DNA from: an uncultured Chitinophagales bacterium
GTDB taxonomy: Bacteria; Bacteroidota; Bacteroidia; Chitinophagales; JADIYW01
NCBI GenBank assembly: GCA_964490845.1
Contig: CAZBED010000005.1
Location: 24,168-88,167, forward strand
Direction of reading: 5' to 3'
DNA length: 64,000 bases
Shown: positions 47,492 to 58,491 of the stretch, piece by piece
How the letters are laid out: every line of letters starts with the position of its first letter
Position numbering within the stretch: position 1 is the stretch's first letter
Position numbers and translations under genes: made by a program
The notes under the pieces: model-generated
Seen by the model: only the letters and a program-made list of their open reading frames with translations
What the model was told of the DNA's origin: nothing
Database searches by the model: none

Positions 47492-50400
47492 TACTGTTTG
47501 AGTAATTTCGAATAGTAATTATGTTCACCGGCCTGAATTTGCAGAAAATATGTACCATTGCTCCATTTTGCAAAGTCTTTTATGCCCAATGGATTAGGGC
47601 CGTTAGACAATAGCATCCTGGCAGAAAACTGCAGCTGTCCAGAAACATTGTAAATACTTACAACGGAATTCATCGGAATTTTATTTTTAAAGTCTACGAC
47701 AATATCATCGCCGGAAACATACGCCTTAACAAAAGATGTATTTTGTAAAACGCCCACATTGGAGGTAAAGGAAACAGAGTCTATCAGACTATAATTTACG
47801 GTATTATTATACTCAACCATCTTTATCCGGTAGTAAAATACCCCTACCGTTGCATTCAGTTCATGCAGAAAATTATACAATGTGGTGTTGGTAGAAATCA
47901 CACCGGCGGGAACGGTGTCAATATCAATAAACGTAATTCCGTCAAAAGAATACTGTACGACGAACTCTTTACTGTTTACCTCTTTGGTTGTTTTCCATTC
48001 GAGGTATACATCGTCATTAATTTTTTGTACGGAAAAATCAATCATATTAATATTCTTGATGGCATCCGCATCTTGCTTGGTGCTCATCAGGTAAAATTCA
48101 CCCAAAGTATCCGTATTAAATTCTACATAATAACCGCCCAGATACGGATAAAACTGAATTTCATCCGGTGAATAATATTTGTAATAAGACCTGACATGGT
48201 TATCTACGACATCCAAATTAGTATTAAGGCCAACGTATCTCAACAAACCGATATCTCCCATGCGATGGATGGAGTCTTCTGCTAATGTAAATGCGGTATA
48301 TTCATCATTCAGTACATACAAACGGAGTTTAAAATTTCCCACCACCTGATTCTGAGGTTTTATCACCCAATTGCGCGGCAGGATGTTTTTATTTGTAAAA
48401 TCTTTGTGTTTAGAACTGCTGGCTTCATATCCAAATGCTATATTTCCCAATATCTTGTTATCATCATACAAATCAGCCACCAATCTTCCATTTCTGTAAA
48501 ACGAAATCCACCCATTACCTGTGGATACCTGAGAAACATAGGCAGAATCTTTAGATGCTATTGTTTGATAATCTTTCAACACATGTATATCATCAATTCC
48601 CAATCCTTCTGAAACGGAAAAATTATCCGAGAGCAGATGTATTCTGCAAATAAAACTGCTGCTGTCATCCAGTAAGTTCAGCGGTACAGTCGCATTTGCC
48701 GTTTGCCACGGAAAAACAATATTGTCCCAGTAAGGTTTATTGTGGCTTCCATTATACCAATTTAACCCGCAGTTATAACAACCCAGTCTGTTCCAGGTAT
48801 TCCCGTCAGTCGAATATTCCACATACGCGGAATCCGATTCAGACTGCATTACTGAAATGAAATGGAATGAGATCAACGGATCAGATGTCAGGCCGGAAAA
48901 ATCCATACACCCCAGATACAGGTAGGAATCTTCATTAAAGTTATATCCTTTGCCGGCGCCGGTAGTCCATGCTTTGTTGTCCTGCGCCGCATTGTTGATA
49001 TTAAATTTTGATGGAGCAGTCCAAACCCAGGAATTATGTACCCCTTCAGAATACAGGTTGCCGTTATTCGTCTCGAAATCATTATAATAAGGGAATTCAT
49101 CTATAGTAGGCATAACGATAACAGAGAAGGTATTTATAGAATCATTTTGTTTGTACCTGTCGCCTGGATTAGACGTCCATACTTGAAGTGAATATGTTCC
49201 GGGAGTGGTGTAATTAAACAACGTATTGAAAACATACGTTACGGTATCATTAGTGTTAACAGGGCCGGCAATGACCTCGCTCACTGTCGGATTATTATCA
49301 ACCTTGTAAAAAACGGGAAGATTGTTAATCACCTGTCCTGAGTTATTTTTAATCTTCACCGTAATGGGTTGTCCCGTCAGGTTTTTAGTACAATTTATTT
49401 TGCGAACAGCTAAATCAACCATCGCCACGTCTTTACCGGCCACATATAAGCTGAAGTCATCGAAAGAATAACCGCCGTCTGCAAATGGCGTTGAACCGGA
49501 TTTAGAACCTGATTGTACAATTTTTAATTGAGTGGAAGCAGAAAATTTCTGATTATGCTCCACTTTCAACTTCTGAAACAAATTCAGCTCTTTTACATTT
49601 TTGTAAACAGACGGGTCTTCTTTATTGGCATACAAATCATATAAGAATATCCAGGGCTTAGTATCGTCTCCTCTGGCATAAACAGAATCGATACCATCCG
49701 GCTCATTGCGACTCATATAATTAAAATCCAGAAAAATAATGGAATCAATATAATTGGACAGGTTGTAATTAAAAATCAGTTCATTTCTCTTGGAAGGGGC
49801 TGCGCCGATATAATTATCCAGAGATACGGCTCTGTTACCAGTTCTTGAAAATAAATTCCCCTCATCTGACCGGAACCTTCCACCGACTTCCGGAGTATAA
49901 TCCGCGTACTCCAGACCGTTTATACCATATGTATTATAGGACAATGTTGAATTGGTCGATTCAAATGATTCCGAAAAAGGAAGGCTTATCGGCGGGTTGG
50001 GTATATGTTTCAGCGCATAAACAAGGGTATCATTCAGTGTATTGTTATCCCCACCTGCCAGACTCGTCCATGCTGAAATAATATAGGTTCCGATGGCACT
50101 CATATCTTCGCTGACATTAAATCTCATAATGGAAGTATCACCGGCGGTAAGGACATCAGTAAGAACAGCGCTCCGAACAGCTCCATTATTAATTTTGTAA
50201 TATACTGTCATGGAATTCTGTGTGGCTGTTCCATAGTTTTTTATGATAAAGGAGAGTTTCTGAGTGGCGGTTAAAGCCGTAGAGGTAAATTTCCTGCCAA
50301 TTCCCGGTTTATACATGTCAAATACGCCGACATCATTTAATGTGCTACACACATTTGGAAGTGTGGTAAAAGGTTTTCCAAGACTATGATTACCCTCAAA

Positions 50401-52734
50401 TCCGTTTTTAATGGTGGAAATGGAATACATGTATAACTTTCCGTTCGTCAGATTATTAATGGTAAAAGTCAGTAAACTTGTTTCGCCTGCCAGTACCCAA
50501 ACACTGTCTGTAAATAAGTAAACCCTATAACCCGTTGCACCCGTTACAGCCGGCCAACTGATTTTTACCGTTCGGTCACAAACCGTATGACCTATCGACG
50601 GATAATAAATCTGCGAACCAACAGAAAAAGTGGAAGCGGAGGAATCGATGTTATTGCCGGATGTAATTTTCACAAGACAATTCTTACTCAATGTCAAAGG
50701 AACCGTCCAATTATAGCTTTGATTCGACAACTGATAATTATTGACTACGGTCTGCCATGTTGCACCGCTATCAGCAGAAAACTGAATAGTACAAAGTGAG
50801 TCAATACCGTTTCTAATCCATTTAATAACAGAAGAAGAACCGGCATCTAAGAATTCGCCCCCATTGGGATGCGTTAGCTCAATTTGTCTTTTTGTTGTAG
50901 CATAAGTAACTGAATAATCCTGCGGGCCGAATGGTACATTGCTGCCTTTTACAACAATCTTATATGTACCGGCCTGCGGAAAGTCAATCGTTACCTGTTC
51001 TATATTATTCAGGTTGTCAACACCTCTGGTGGCTGCGTTTTTATATTGCACGGGATTCAATTTCCAAGGCAGTACCGTGTCACCCGCCGGGGTTACTAAT
51101 TTTAAATCGAGATCATTCACCAACGCCTTTGACGCAATGGGACTCCCCTCTTTATCCGTCCAATCCAGGGTGATACTCAATTTCAACAAGCCAGATGGCA
51201 AAGTAATGTTATGTGTTTTAAATTGTCCCTGACCAGCATTGTCTTCAAAAAACTGGTTATTATCCAATGCAACCACTGCGCTTAAAATATTCGGAATTCC
51301 GAAACCATAAATATAATCCGGGCCCGGTTTACCTAAATCTCTGGCTGTATTGCATAGTAAAGCTTTCACCAGCGAGGCATTTGGCAAGGTGCCAAATTGT
51401 TGTTTATATTTCTGATGCAGCAGGGCTGCCAGGCCTGCTACCTGTGGCGCCGCGAAGGAAGAGCCGTATGCTATAGCTGGAATCACATTATTGGGGCCAA
51501 CAGTCCCGACCTGAAATCCTTTTGCCACCAATTCAGGCTTTAACCTTCCGTCTGCCGTTGGTCCTCTTCCGCTATTTTCTATAATTCGTTCGTTTGGAAA
51601 CAACCACCCTACCGTAATAGAATTCTTACATCCCTGAAACCCTATATCCACCGAGCTGAAGGTATCTGACACTACACAACCAACGGCTGTATTACCAACG
51701 GCAACAACGGGCAATATTGTCGGATGCTGGTGGGCCACCTTATCTAAATCCGATGCTTCGGGAATATATAAGCCGGATTCGTAGCAATTTGTAGGCGCAA
51801 AGTTGTAAGAGTGATTGGAGATATCAACGGAATATGATGTTTTCCCGTCAATAATTTCCTGTACAATATCGTTGGCAACATCCCAGTAAAACAGGTTACA
51901 TCTGGGTGCTATCGAATAATGCTGAAAATAATTACCGCCGGCACCGATAACGCCGGCGACATAAGTTGGGTGTAGCATGGCTGACAAATAGCTATACTCC
52001 TTATCAACCACAAAATTCCTGTTTTGTGGCAATTCAAAATTAACTCCTACCGCTCCTTCATCCCAAACACCCACTTTTATGCCTTCGCCTTTCAGGTTAA
52101 AATTAAAAGGTTGTTGTTCCTGCACCTGATTTACTCCCATCATTAAACCACCTTCGTAATAGAGCATGTTTTTTTTCTCGTAATATCGGCCAATGAAAGT
52201 GACAAAGGGCAACTCCGCCAATTGCCTGAGCTGTCGTTTGTTGACATATGCCGAAAAATGATTATTCTTTGCATCATATTGCAGCATACTGACCCCTAAC
52301 TTTTGAGTGGCAGCCCCGAGGGTCTGTTTATTTACAGAAGGGGCAATCATCACATTTACTGCATTAACATCGGTTTCGGATTCACTGAGTGATAACTGGA
52401 GTTTAGATTCAGGCGTAAGATAGCCGATTCGGTCAAAAGCTACGTTTTGCAATATATCAGCAGTATTTTCGCTCTTTGTGGCAATCAGATAATAGCCCTC
52501 TCCCAGATACGACTGTACCTGAATATTATTTTGTGTAAGGTATTCGGATGAATTTATTTTGGGCAATACCACAAGAAAATCTTGATTGTCGCACCGGAAA
52601 GCATCGAAGTTATATCTGGACTGAGTGGCATTGAGTTCTACGGGATTAATATCAACCAGCTTAAAGTTAGTTTTTGGGAACAACTGTATGCTGACTGTGA
52701 TAAAAAAGAGCAACAAAGGGAAACGCTTTGTCAT
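47491..52734 (-). CDS. S8 (subtilisin) family peptidase, 1747 aa, with T9SS type-A C-terminal sorting domain
   Basis: Signal peptide. Catalytic triad contexts are VGVWDEG (Asp), HPTYVAGVIG (His) and GSSFAAPQVAGLAALL (Ser). The LVNDLDL beta-domain and Fn3-like modules follow. The C-terminus is SIYNVSGQL...GTYFLQI...KLLKQ. The stop TAA overlaps the mnmD ATG (TAATG). Confidence 0.85.
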   Translation of the reverse strand: MTKRFPLLLFFITVSIQLFPKTNFKLVDINPVELNATQSRYNFDAFRCDNQDFLVVLPKINSSEYLTQNNIQVQSYLGEGYYLIATKSENTADILQNVAFDRIGYLTPESKLQLSLSESETDVNAVNVMIAPSVNKQTLGAATQKLGVSMLQYDAKNNHFSAYVNKRQLRQLAELPFVTFIGRYYEKKNMLYYEGGLMMGVNQVQEQQPFNFNLKGEGIKVGVWDEGAVGVNFELPQNRNFVVDKEYSYLSAMLHPTYVAGVIGAGGNYFQHYSIAPRCNLFYWDVANDIVQEIIDGKTSYSVDISNHSYNFAPTNCYESGLYIPEASDLDKVAHQHPTILPVVAVGNTAVGCVVSDTFSSVDIGFQGCKNSITVGWLFPNERIIENSGRGPTADGRLKPELVAKGFQVGTVGPNNVIPAIAYGSSFAAPQVAGLAALLHQKYKQQFGTLPNASLVKALLCNTARDLGKPGPDYIYGFGIPNILSAVVALDNNQFFEDNAGQGQFKTHNITLPSGLLKLSITLDWTDKEGSPIASKALVNDLDLKLVTPAGDTVLPWKLNPVQYKNAATRGVDNLNNIEQVTIDFPQAGTYKIVVKGSNVPFGPQDYSVTYATTKRQIELTHPNGGEFLDAGSSSVIKWIRNGIDSLCTIQFSADSGATWQTVVNNYQLSNQSYNWTVPLTLSKNCLVKITSGNNIDSSASTFSVGSQIYYPSIGHTVCDRTVKISWPAVTGATGYRVYLFTDSVWVLAGETSLLTFTINNLTNGKLYMYSISTIKNGFEGNHSLGKPFTTLPNVCSTLNDVGVFDMYKPGIGRKFTSTALTATQKLSFIIKNYGTATQNSMTVYYKINNGAVRSAVLTDVLTAGDTSIMRFNVSEDMSAIGTYIISAWTSLAGGDNNTLNDTLVYALKHIPNPPISLPFSESFESTNSTLSYNTYGINGLEYADYTPEVGGRFRSDEGNLFSRTGNRAVSLDNYIGAAPSKRNELIFNYNLSNYIDSIIFLDFNYMSRNEPDGIDSVYARGDDTKPWIFLYDLYANKEDPSVYKNVKELNLFQKLKVEHNQKFSASTQLKIVQSGSKSGSTPFADGGYSFDDFSLYVAGKDVAMVDLAVRKINCTKNLTGQPITVKIKNNSGQVINNLPVFYKVDNNPTVSEVIAGPVNTNDTVTYVFNTLFNYTTPGTYSLQVWTSNPGDRYKQNDSINTFSVIVMPTIDEFPYYNDFETNNGNLYSEGVHNSWVWTAPSKFNINNAAQDNKAWTTGAGKGYNFNEDSYLYLGCMDFSGLTSDPLISFHFISVMQSESDSAYVEYSTDGNTWNRLGCYNCGLNWYNGSHNKPYWDNIVFPWQTANATVPLNLLDDSSSFICRIHLLSDNFSVSEGLGIDDIHVLKDYQTIASKDSAYVSQVSTGNGWISFYRNGRLVADLYDDNKILGNIAFGYEASSSKHKDFTNKNILPRNWVIKPQNQVVGNFKLRLYVLNDEYTAFTLAEDSIHRMGDIGLLRYVGLNTNLDVVDNHVRSYYKYYSPDEIQFYPYLGGYYVEFNTDTLGEFYLMSTKQDADAIKNINMIDFSVQKINDDVYLEWKTTKEVNSKEFVVQYSFDGITFIDIDTVPAGVISTNTTLYNFLHELNATVGVFYYRIKMVEYNNTVNYSLIDSVSFTSNVGVLQNTSFVKAYVSGDDIVVDFKNKIPMNSVVSIYNVSGQLQFSARMLLSNGPNPLGIKDFAKWSNGTYFLQIQAGEHNYYSKLLKQ

Positions 52735-52784
52735 AGAATATAAGATTTAGTATAAATATAGGATTTTTTGTTCTTAAAAGCCAA

Positions 52785-55169
52785 TCATTTCATTTCCACA
52801 ATTGTGATTCCGTCACCGCCAAATTGCTCTTTTTCATAGTAAAATTTCTCCACATGGGGGTATTTCTTCAGGTAAAACTGGACTGCCTGCTTTAAGGCAC
52901 CGGTGCCTCTGCCGTGAATAATTTTAATGTGATGGATTCCGTACATGATGGCTCTGTCCATAAAATTATCCAGCGCCGTAATCGCCTCATCTTTCAGAAG
53001 GCCTCGTATATCCAGATTATAATCAAATTCACTCTTTTCAAGCAGTATTCTGGAAGAGTAGACATTTCGTTTAGGTTCTTGTAATTTCTTTTCCTGACCA
53101 ACCAGAACAAGCTTACGGATATTGACTTTTGTCTGCAGATTACTAAAAGAGACCAGAGCAATATTATTCTTTACCTCCAATACCCTACCCGTTTCTGTGC
53201 CGTCTTCCAGTTTCACGACTGATCCAACTTCTATCGCAGCATCTGAATGATGTGGATTGTCAGACGTATCATCATCCAGTTTTTTTTCTATTTGTTCCCT
53301 TTGTTCATCTATATATTTCCTGACTCCAATAAATTTCGACTTCTCGCTCTTCTGCTCTTTCCAAATTCGCATTTCATTTTCCAGGTTTCTGCTTTCTGTA
53401 TTGAACCTGTCCAGTAATCGCGCTTCGTATTGCTTTAACAATCGTTTTTTTTCTTTATCCAGTTCTCTATTCAACTGCTCATAACTTTTTGTCAAGTCGA
53501 CAAGTTGTGTTTCTTTTGCCTGTACATTTTTTCGCAGGCCTTTGATAAAATGTTTCTCCGTCTGAATGTCGTTCAATACCTCCTCCAGCGCTTTCTTGTT
53601 GCCACCGGTTTTTTGTTCCGCGTTTTTTATAATATAATCCGGAAGACCTGACTTTTTGGCAATTTCAAATGTAAATGAACTTCCCGGCTGACCCGACTGT
53701 AACTGGTAAAGCGGTTTCAGGTTTTTACTATCAAACGCCATTGCACCGCTCTGCATATTTTCCGTATTAGCGGCAAATACCTTTAAATTATTAAAGTGGG
53801 TGGTTACTACACCAAATACCTTTTTCTGATGTATTTGTTCCAGAATGGCTTCCGCCATAGGTCCTCCTAATGCAGGATCTGTTCCCATTCCCATCTCATC
53901 AATCAGCACCAGAGATCCGGAGTTGGCATGCAACAGAAAATAATTCATATTCGTCAGGTGTGAGCTGTAGGTACTCAAATCATTTTCTATAGACTGCTCA
54001 TCGCCGATATCAACAAACAACTGGTCAAAGACGGTCATCACCGAATTTTCCTTAGCCGGAATCAGCATTCCGAACTGCAGCATCAGTTGTATCAATCCTA
54101 TTGATTTCAGGACAATCGACTTACCGCCCGCATTTGGGCCGGAAATAACAATAATCCTGCTGTTTTCGTCCAGTAAAACAGTATTATCTATTATTGGTTT
54201 GTGTTGCTTCTGATGATGAAAGTAGAGTACCGGATGGACAAATTCCCTCAGGTATATTTTTCTATCGGAGGTTAGCTCAGGCATTGAACATTTATAATGA
54301 ACAGCAAAATAGGCTTTAGCACGTAATACGTCCAATTCACCCATCAATACCTGCAACGTTTCTATATTCTCCTTATGCGGCTGAATATATCGGGTTAACT
54401 GTATCAGTATTTTCTGTATCTCTCTTCGTTCATCCAAATATAATTGTGAAAGTTCATTGTTGATGTACACTGTTTCATTAGGCTCGATATAAGTGATATT
54501 GCCATTGTCGCTTTCATCAGTAATCAATCCTTTAATACTTCGTTTATATTCCGACTTCACGGATAATACGCGCCTGCCATCCCGAATCGTTTCCTCCGTT
54601 TCCGCTAAATAATTATGTTGTTTATAATGATTGACTGCCTTTCTGAATACAGCGTTTATTTCCTGAATTTTATCATGGATATGCTTTCTTATTCTTGATA
54701 ATTCAGGTGTCGCGTTTTCTTTTACCGTTTCTTTATCCAGATCAATCACCTTCGATATGGCAGCAATCAAACCTGTTTCAATACTGTGCACTGAAACCAT
54801 CTCAGCCAGGTTCGGATATAATTGCTGACGTGCCTTGGGGGTAAAAAAACGAAAAAGTTCGGTAACGGCACTCAGCGAATAATAAAGTTCCGTCAATTCT
54901 TTTACATCAAGATAATAATTGTCGATAGATAGTTTATGAAGAAACGGTAAATCATTAAACCCGTATTGCGGAAGCGGTGAATCATTTTCAATAATTTCTT
55001 TTACTTCTTTTACACAATGCAGCCTGCGGCTCAACTCCGGGATAATATTGATAAAGTCCTGCTGCTGCAGTAATTTTTTTCCCAGTGTACCCGAACATAA
55101 ATTATCTAATTCCTTCAGCACAAATGGAAAGTCTAGTTTTTGCAGCGTATTTTTCGGATAAATATTCAT
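52785..55169 (-). CDS. mutS2: endonuclease MutS2 (MutS domain plus C-terminal Smr)
   Basis: Walker A GPNAGGKS and DEMGMGTDP, then a coiled-coil and a Smr domain (LDIRGLLKDEAI...IIHGRGTGALK). Start placed at ATG 55167-55169. Confidence 0.92.
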   Translation of the reverse strand: MNIYPKNTLQKLDFPFVLKELDNLCSGTLGKKLLQQQDFINIIPELSRRLHCVKEVKEIIENDSPLPQYGFNDLPFLHKLSIDNYYLDVKELTELYYSLSAVTELFRFFTPKARQQLYPNLAEMVSVHSIETGLIAAISKVIDLDKETVKENATPELSRIRKHIHDKIQEINAVFRKAVNHYKQHNYLAETEETIRDGRRVLSVKSEYKRSIKGLITDESDNGNITYIEPNETVYINNELSQLYLDERREIQKILIQLTRYIQPHKENIETLQVLMGELDVLRAKAYFAVHYKCSMPELTSDRKIYLREFVHPVLYFHHQKQHKPIIDNTVLLDENSRIIVISGPNAGGKSIVLKSIGLIQLMLQFGMLIPAKENSVMTVFDQLFVDIGDEQSIENDLSTYSSHLTNMNYFLLHANSGSLVLIDEMGMGTDPALGGPMAEAILEQIHQKKVFGVVTTHFNNLKVFAANTENMQSGAMAFDSKNLKPLYQLQSGQPGSSFTFEIAKKSGLPDYIIKNAEQKTGGNKKALEEVLNDIQTEKHFIKGLRKNVQAKETQLVDLTKSYEQLNRELDKEKKRLLKQYEARLLDRFNTESRNLENEMRIWKEQKSEKSKFIGVRKYIDEQREQIEKKLDDDTSDNPHHSDAAIEVGSVVKLEDGTETGRVLEVKNNIALVSFSNLQTKVNIRKLVLVGQEKKLQEPKRNVYSSRILLEKSEFDYNLDIRGLLKDEAITALDNFMDRAIMYGIHHIKIIHGRGTGALKQAVQFYLKKYPHVEKFYYEKEQFGGDGITIVEMK

Positions 55170-55239
55170 CACCGTGTTTATTGATAATTTTAATCCACTG
55201 TACAATACAGTAAAACGGAGCTTGTTTTAACAGGTAAAG

Positions 55240-56025
55240 CTAATGATACATTTTTAAAATGGAGTCGGTCAGTAAACTGTAAATCTGAAATAAATGTTCG
55301 TCTTCCTTTTTTAAAATTTGAAGGTGCTTATCTATTATCTCAGTATCCTTTCTTTTTGCAGGACCGGTTTGCGCATTTTTAGGCGAAATGGTATCAATCT
55401 TGGTAATAGTTTCATGAATCAGCGGCAACAATAGTTGATAATCCAACTGATGCTTTTCACAATAATCCTGCGCAAGGGCAAATAAATGATTGGAAAAATT
55501 ATTGACAAAAACCGCTGCAATATGCAGGTGTTTCCTTTGCTCATCGGTGTATTCATACACTTTATTGCTCAGCACCTTCGCCAGCGCCATCAGTTCATCT
55601 TTAAATCCGGCGTTGTCAGATGTAATCAGAAAAGGTACCTGCGCAATATCTATTTTCTTCGTTTTGGAGAAGGATTGTAAGGGATAAAAAATTCCAGCGT
55701 TTTTTGCACCGTCAAATACATCCAATCCAACCGAGCCGGACGTGTGCACCACTTTTATATCCGGCTTCTTTGTCAGTATTACTTTTGACAAATCTTTGAT
55801 AACATCATCTTTGACGGCAAAAATCAACAAATCCACTTCCAAATCCAATTCGTTCAGGTCACAACTGTAAATAGAATTGGACTGCCACGCCAGAACTTCG
55901 GAATGGTCGCAGGTCTGGCTGTATATCTGCCTTACAATAATCCCCTTTTGAGCAAAAGCTTTTGCAAGGTGTGTCGCCACATTTCCGCTTCCAATGAATG
56001 ATATTTTCCGGATACTGCTTTTCAA
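55240..56025 (-). CDS. Rossmann-like plus DUF2520 domain protein
   Basis: ISFIGSGNVATHLAKAF NADP-type fold and a helical C-terminal domain. The apparent start is TTG, 9 nt after the ccmF stop. Confidence 0.6.
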   Translation of the reverse strand: MKSSIRKISFIGSGNVATHLAKAFAQKGIIVRQIYSQTCDHSEVLAWQSNSIYSCDLNELDLEVDLLIFAVKDDVIKDLSKVILTKKPDIKVVHTSGSVGLDVFDGAKNAGIFYPLQSFSKTKKIDIAQVPFLITSDNAGFKDELMALAKVLSNKVYEYTDEQRKHLHIAAVFVNNFSNHLFALAQDYCEKHQLDYQLLLPLIHETITKIDTISPKNAQTGPAKRKDTEIIDKHLQILKKEDEHLFQIYSLLTDSILKMYH

Positions 56026-56034
56026 AATGAAACT

Positions 56035-58443
56035 TTAATCCAACTGGTTCTCCCGCTTACGCCTAATGATACTCATTAATATACCGGATACCATGATAAA
56101 ACATCCCAGCCACAAGACATTGATAAGCGGAAAACGTATAGCTTTCATAATGATGTATTTGTTGAGTTTCTGTTCTACCAGAATTTGCAGCTTGTTTTCT
56201 TCCGTAAGAATTTTTATCAGAGAAAAGCTTACATTTTTATCCTCCGCTTTCGCAGGTATGCTGGTAGCTACAACTTCTCTTACCAGATAAACGGGTTCTA
56301 TATAATAGGTGGTATCCAACGAAATATATTTCATTCGTGCGCCAATGGCTATGTCTTTTGGTTTCTTTTCAAACCCTTTTATATCGGCATCAGGATTGAT
56401 GCCTTCGAGTACTACCATACAACGGGAGGCAGTTATTGTATCGCCCACACTAATGGTATATGTTTCTTCTGTGGTGGAAGGCACCTCAGACCCATCCTCT
56501 CTTAACGGTGCGGAGGTGATATGCGTATACAAATCAGACCATAATGTTTTCCTTGTGGAAGGCACAGGATTGTTACCCATCTTACTGTTAAATAAAATAT
56601 TAGGATGCAGGACAAAGGAGTTAGTGACTTTTCCTTTTTTATCCAGCTCTTCATAACGAACATTAAAATAAATATTCTGTGCGGAGGATGAATCTCCTAA
56701 ATAAGTGACCCTGTATTTACCCATCTGCTCTGGTTCATTTTGATAAAGCAGTACATTTTCCGCGATGTCTTTATCGGAAAACCCTTTCCCGTAATCAATT
56801 CCAAACTTATTCACGGACAATACTTCCTGCCTGCCTTGTGAAATCAGGATTCCAATCAACATAACGGCAAATCCTATGTGCGACACGGAGCCACCAGAAA
56901 TTTTCCATTTTCCCTTTAAGACCTGAAAAATATACTGTGCATTGGCAAAAACTGAAAAAAGACTACAAAAAACAAGCATGATAAACGCGGGTGCATGCAA
57001 CTTAAAAGATACACACACAATAACTGACAATACTAAAGAAATTATGATTACAGGAATCAATTGTTTTATAATCTTTACAGGATCGGATTTTTTGTATTTA
57101 AAAAATTGTGTTACCGCAGAACCAAACGCCACCAGAACAGCCATCCAGATCTGTACGTTGTTATAGTGGCTTTTAATATCTGACGGAGGCGCTAATTTTG
57201 TATTAAAGACTTTATTAAGTACAGGGAAAGAGGTCAGTACAATAATGTGTACCGAAGCAAATATAAAAACCAGAGAACCGATAAAGAGCCAAAATTCTCT
57301 GGAGGACAATTGTTCCTCTTCATTTTTAGAAGGAATTTGCTTTTTATACATTCTTTCGGCGAACAAATAGACAGCAGGCAGTATGAATACCAGAAGTGTG
57401 ACTACTAATTGTCCGCTCATACCCATATCGGTAAATGAATGCACGGAAGCATCTCCCAGCACACCGCTTTTGGTCAAGAAGGAAGAATATAAGACCAACA
57501 GAAAGCCACCTATAAAAAAGATGTATGTTGCATGCAGGGAATATCCGGTATGCTTGTATGCCATGAGCGTATGTATGCCCGCAGCCAGCACCAGCCAGGG
57601 AACCAAAGACGCATTTTCAACCGGGTCCCATGCCCAAAAACCACCGAAGCTCAAGGCCTCATATGCCCATGCGCCACCCATTAATATTCCGGTACCCAAT
57701 ATCATCAGGGCAAATAAACTCCACGGCAACACGGGTTTTACCCAATCCGTAAAATTACGCACCCATAATGAAGCAAGTGCAAAAGCTGCCGGAATCGTAC
57801 AAGCGGCAAACCCTAAAAATAAAGTCGGTGGATGAATAACCATCCAGTAATTTTGCAAGGAAGGATTAAGGCCCGTACCATCTTCCGGCACCCAGTCAGG
57901 ATTCATTTTAAAAACAGGAATATCCATAGTGTCCTTCATCAGCGCGAAAGGACTGGAACCCAGTTTATATCCGAAGATGTAAATACCGAGCAACATAGAT
58001 CCCAGCATCACCTGTGCCAGTGCAACGATACTCAATACCGGGCTCTCCCATTCTCTGGCTTTAAAAATTAGCACACAGCCCAGGATACCATGCCAGAACA
58101 TCCAAAGTAACGTACTGCCCTCCTGTCCGCTCCACATGGCGGAAAACTGGTAATAAGTGGGCAAAGACTTTGAAGTATGTTCCCAGACATATTTATACTC
58201 AAAAAAATGATTATGGATAATGAGCAGCAGACTGCCTAAGACACCCAAAACGGAAACGGCATGCAGGATATACATTTTTCTTCCAAAGCTGATCCAGGGA
58301 TGCGACTTTATAACGTCGTTCCGGTTAATGGTAGCAATGTAATACGCTATACAAGCGGCTAGAGAAGAAACAAAAGAAAGAATTATCAAAAAATGCCCGA
58401 CTTTCCCAAACAATATATGTTGACCTAAAGCGTGAATATTCAT
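56035..58443 (-). CDS. ccmF: heme lyase / cytochrome c maturation protein CcmF
   Basis: The WWD-type heme-handling motif GGFWAWDPVENASLVPWL and the CcmF-like N-terminal SAMWSGQEGSTLLW. 802-aa polytopic protein. Confidence 0.85.
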   Translation of the reverse strand: MNIHALGQHILFGKVGHFLIILSFVSSLAACIAYYIATINRNDVIKSHPWISFGRKMYILHAVSVLGVLGSLLLIIHNHFFEYKYVWEHTSKSLPTYYQFSAMWSGQEGSTLLWMFWHGILGCVLIFKAREWESPVLSIVALAQVMLGSMLLGIYIFGYKLGSSPFALMKDTMDIPVFKMNPDWVPEDGTGLNPSLQNYWMVIHPPTLFLGFAACTIPAAFALASLWVRNFTDWVKPVLPWSLFALMILGTGILMGGAWAYEALSFGGFWAWDPVENASLVPWLVLAAGIHTLMAYKHTGYSLHATYIFFIGGFLLVLYSSFLTKSGVLGDASVHSFTDMGMSGQLVVTLLVFILPAVYLFAERMYKKQIPSKNEEEQLSSREFWLFIGSLVFIFASVHIIVLTSFPVLNKVFNTKLAPPSDIKSHYNNVQIWMAVLVAFGSAVTQFFKYKKSDPVKIIKQLIPVIIISLVLSVIVCVSFKLHAPAFIMLVFCSLFSVFANAQYIFQVLKGKWKISGGSVSHIGFAVMLIGILISQGRQEVLSVNKFGIDYGKGFSDKDIAENVLLYQNEPEQMGKYRVTYLGDSSSAQNIYFNVRYEELDKKGKVTNSFVLHPNILFNSKMGNNPVPSTRKTLWSDLYTHITSAPLREDGSEVPSTTEETYTISVGDTITASRCMVVLEGINPDADIKGFEKKPKDIAIGARMKYISLDTTYYIEPVYLVREVVATSIPAKAEDKNVSFSLIKILTEENKLQILVEQKLNKYIIMKAIRFPLINVLWLGCFIMVSGILMSIIRRKRENQLD

Positions 58444-58491
58444 AATATAACGGGGATGAAGAGTGAGCGGTAAGCAATATGCAGCCGGCGA

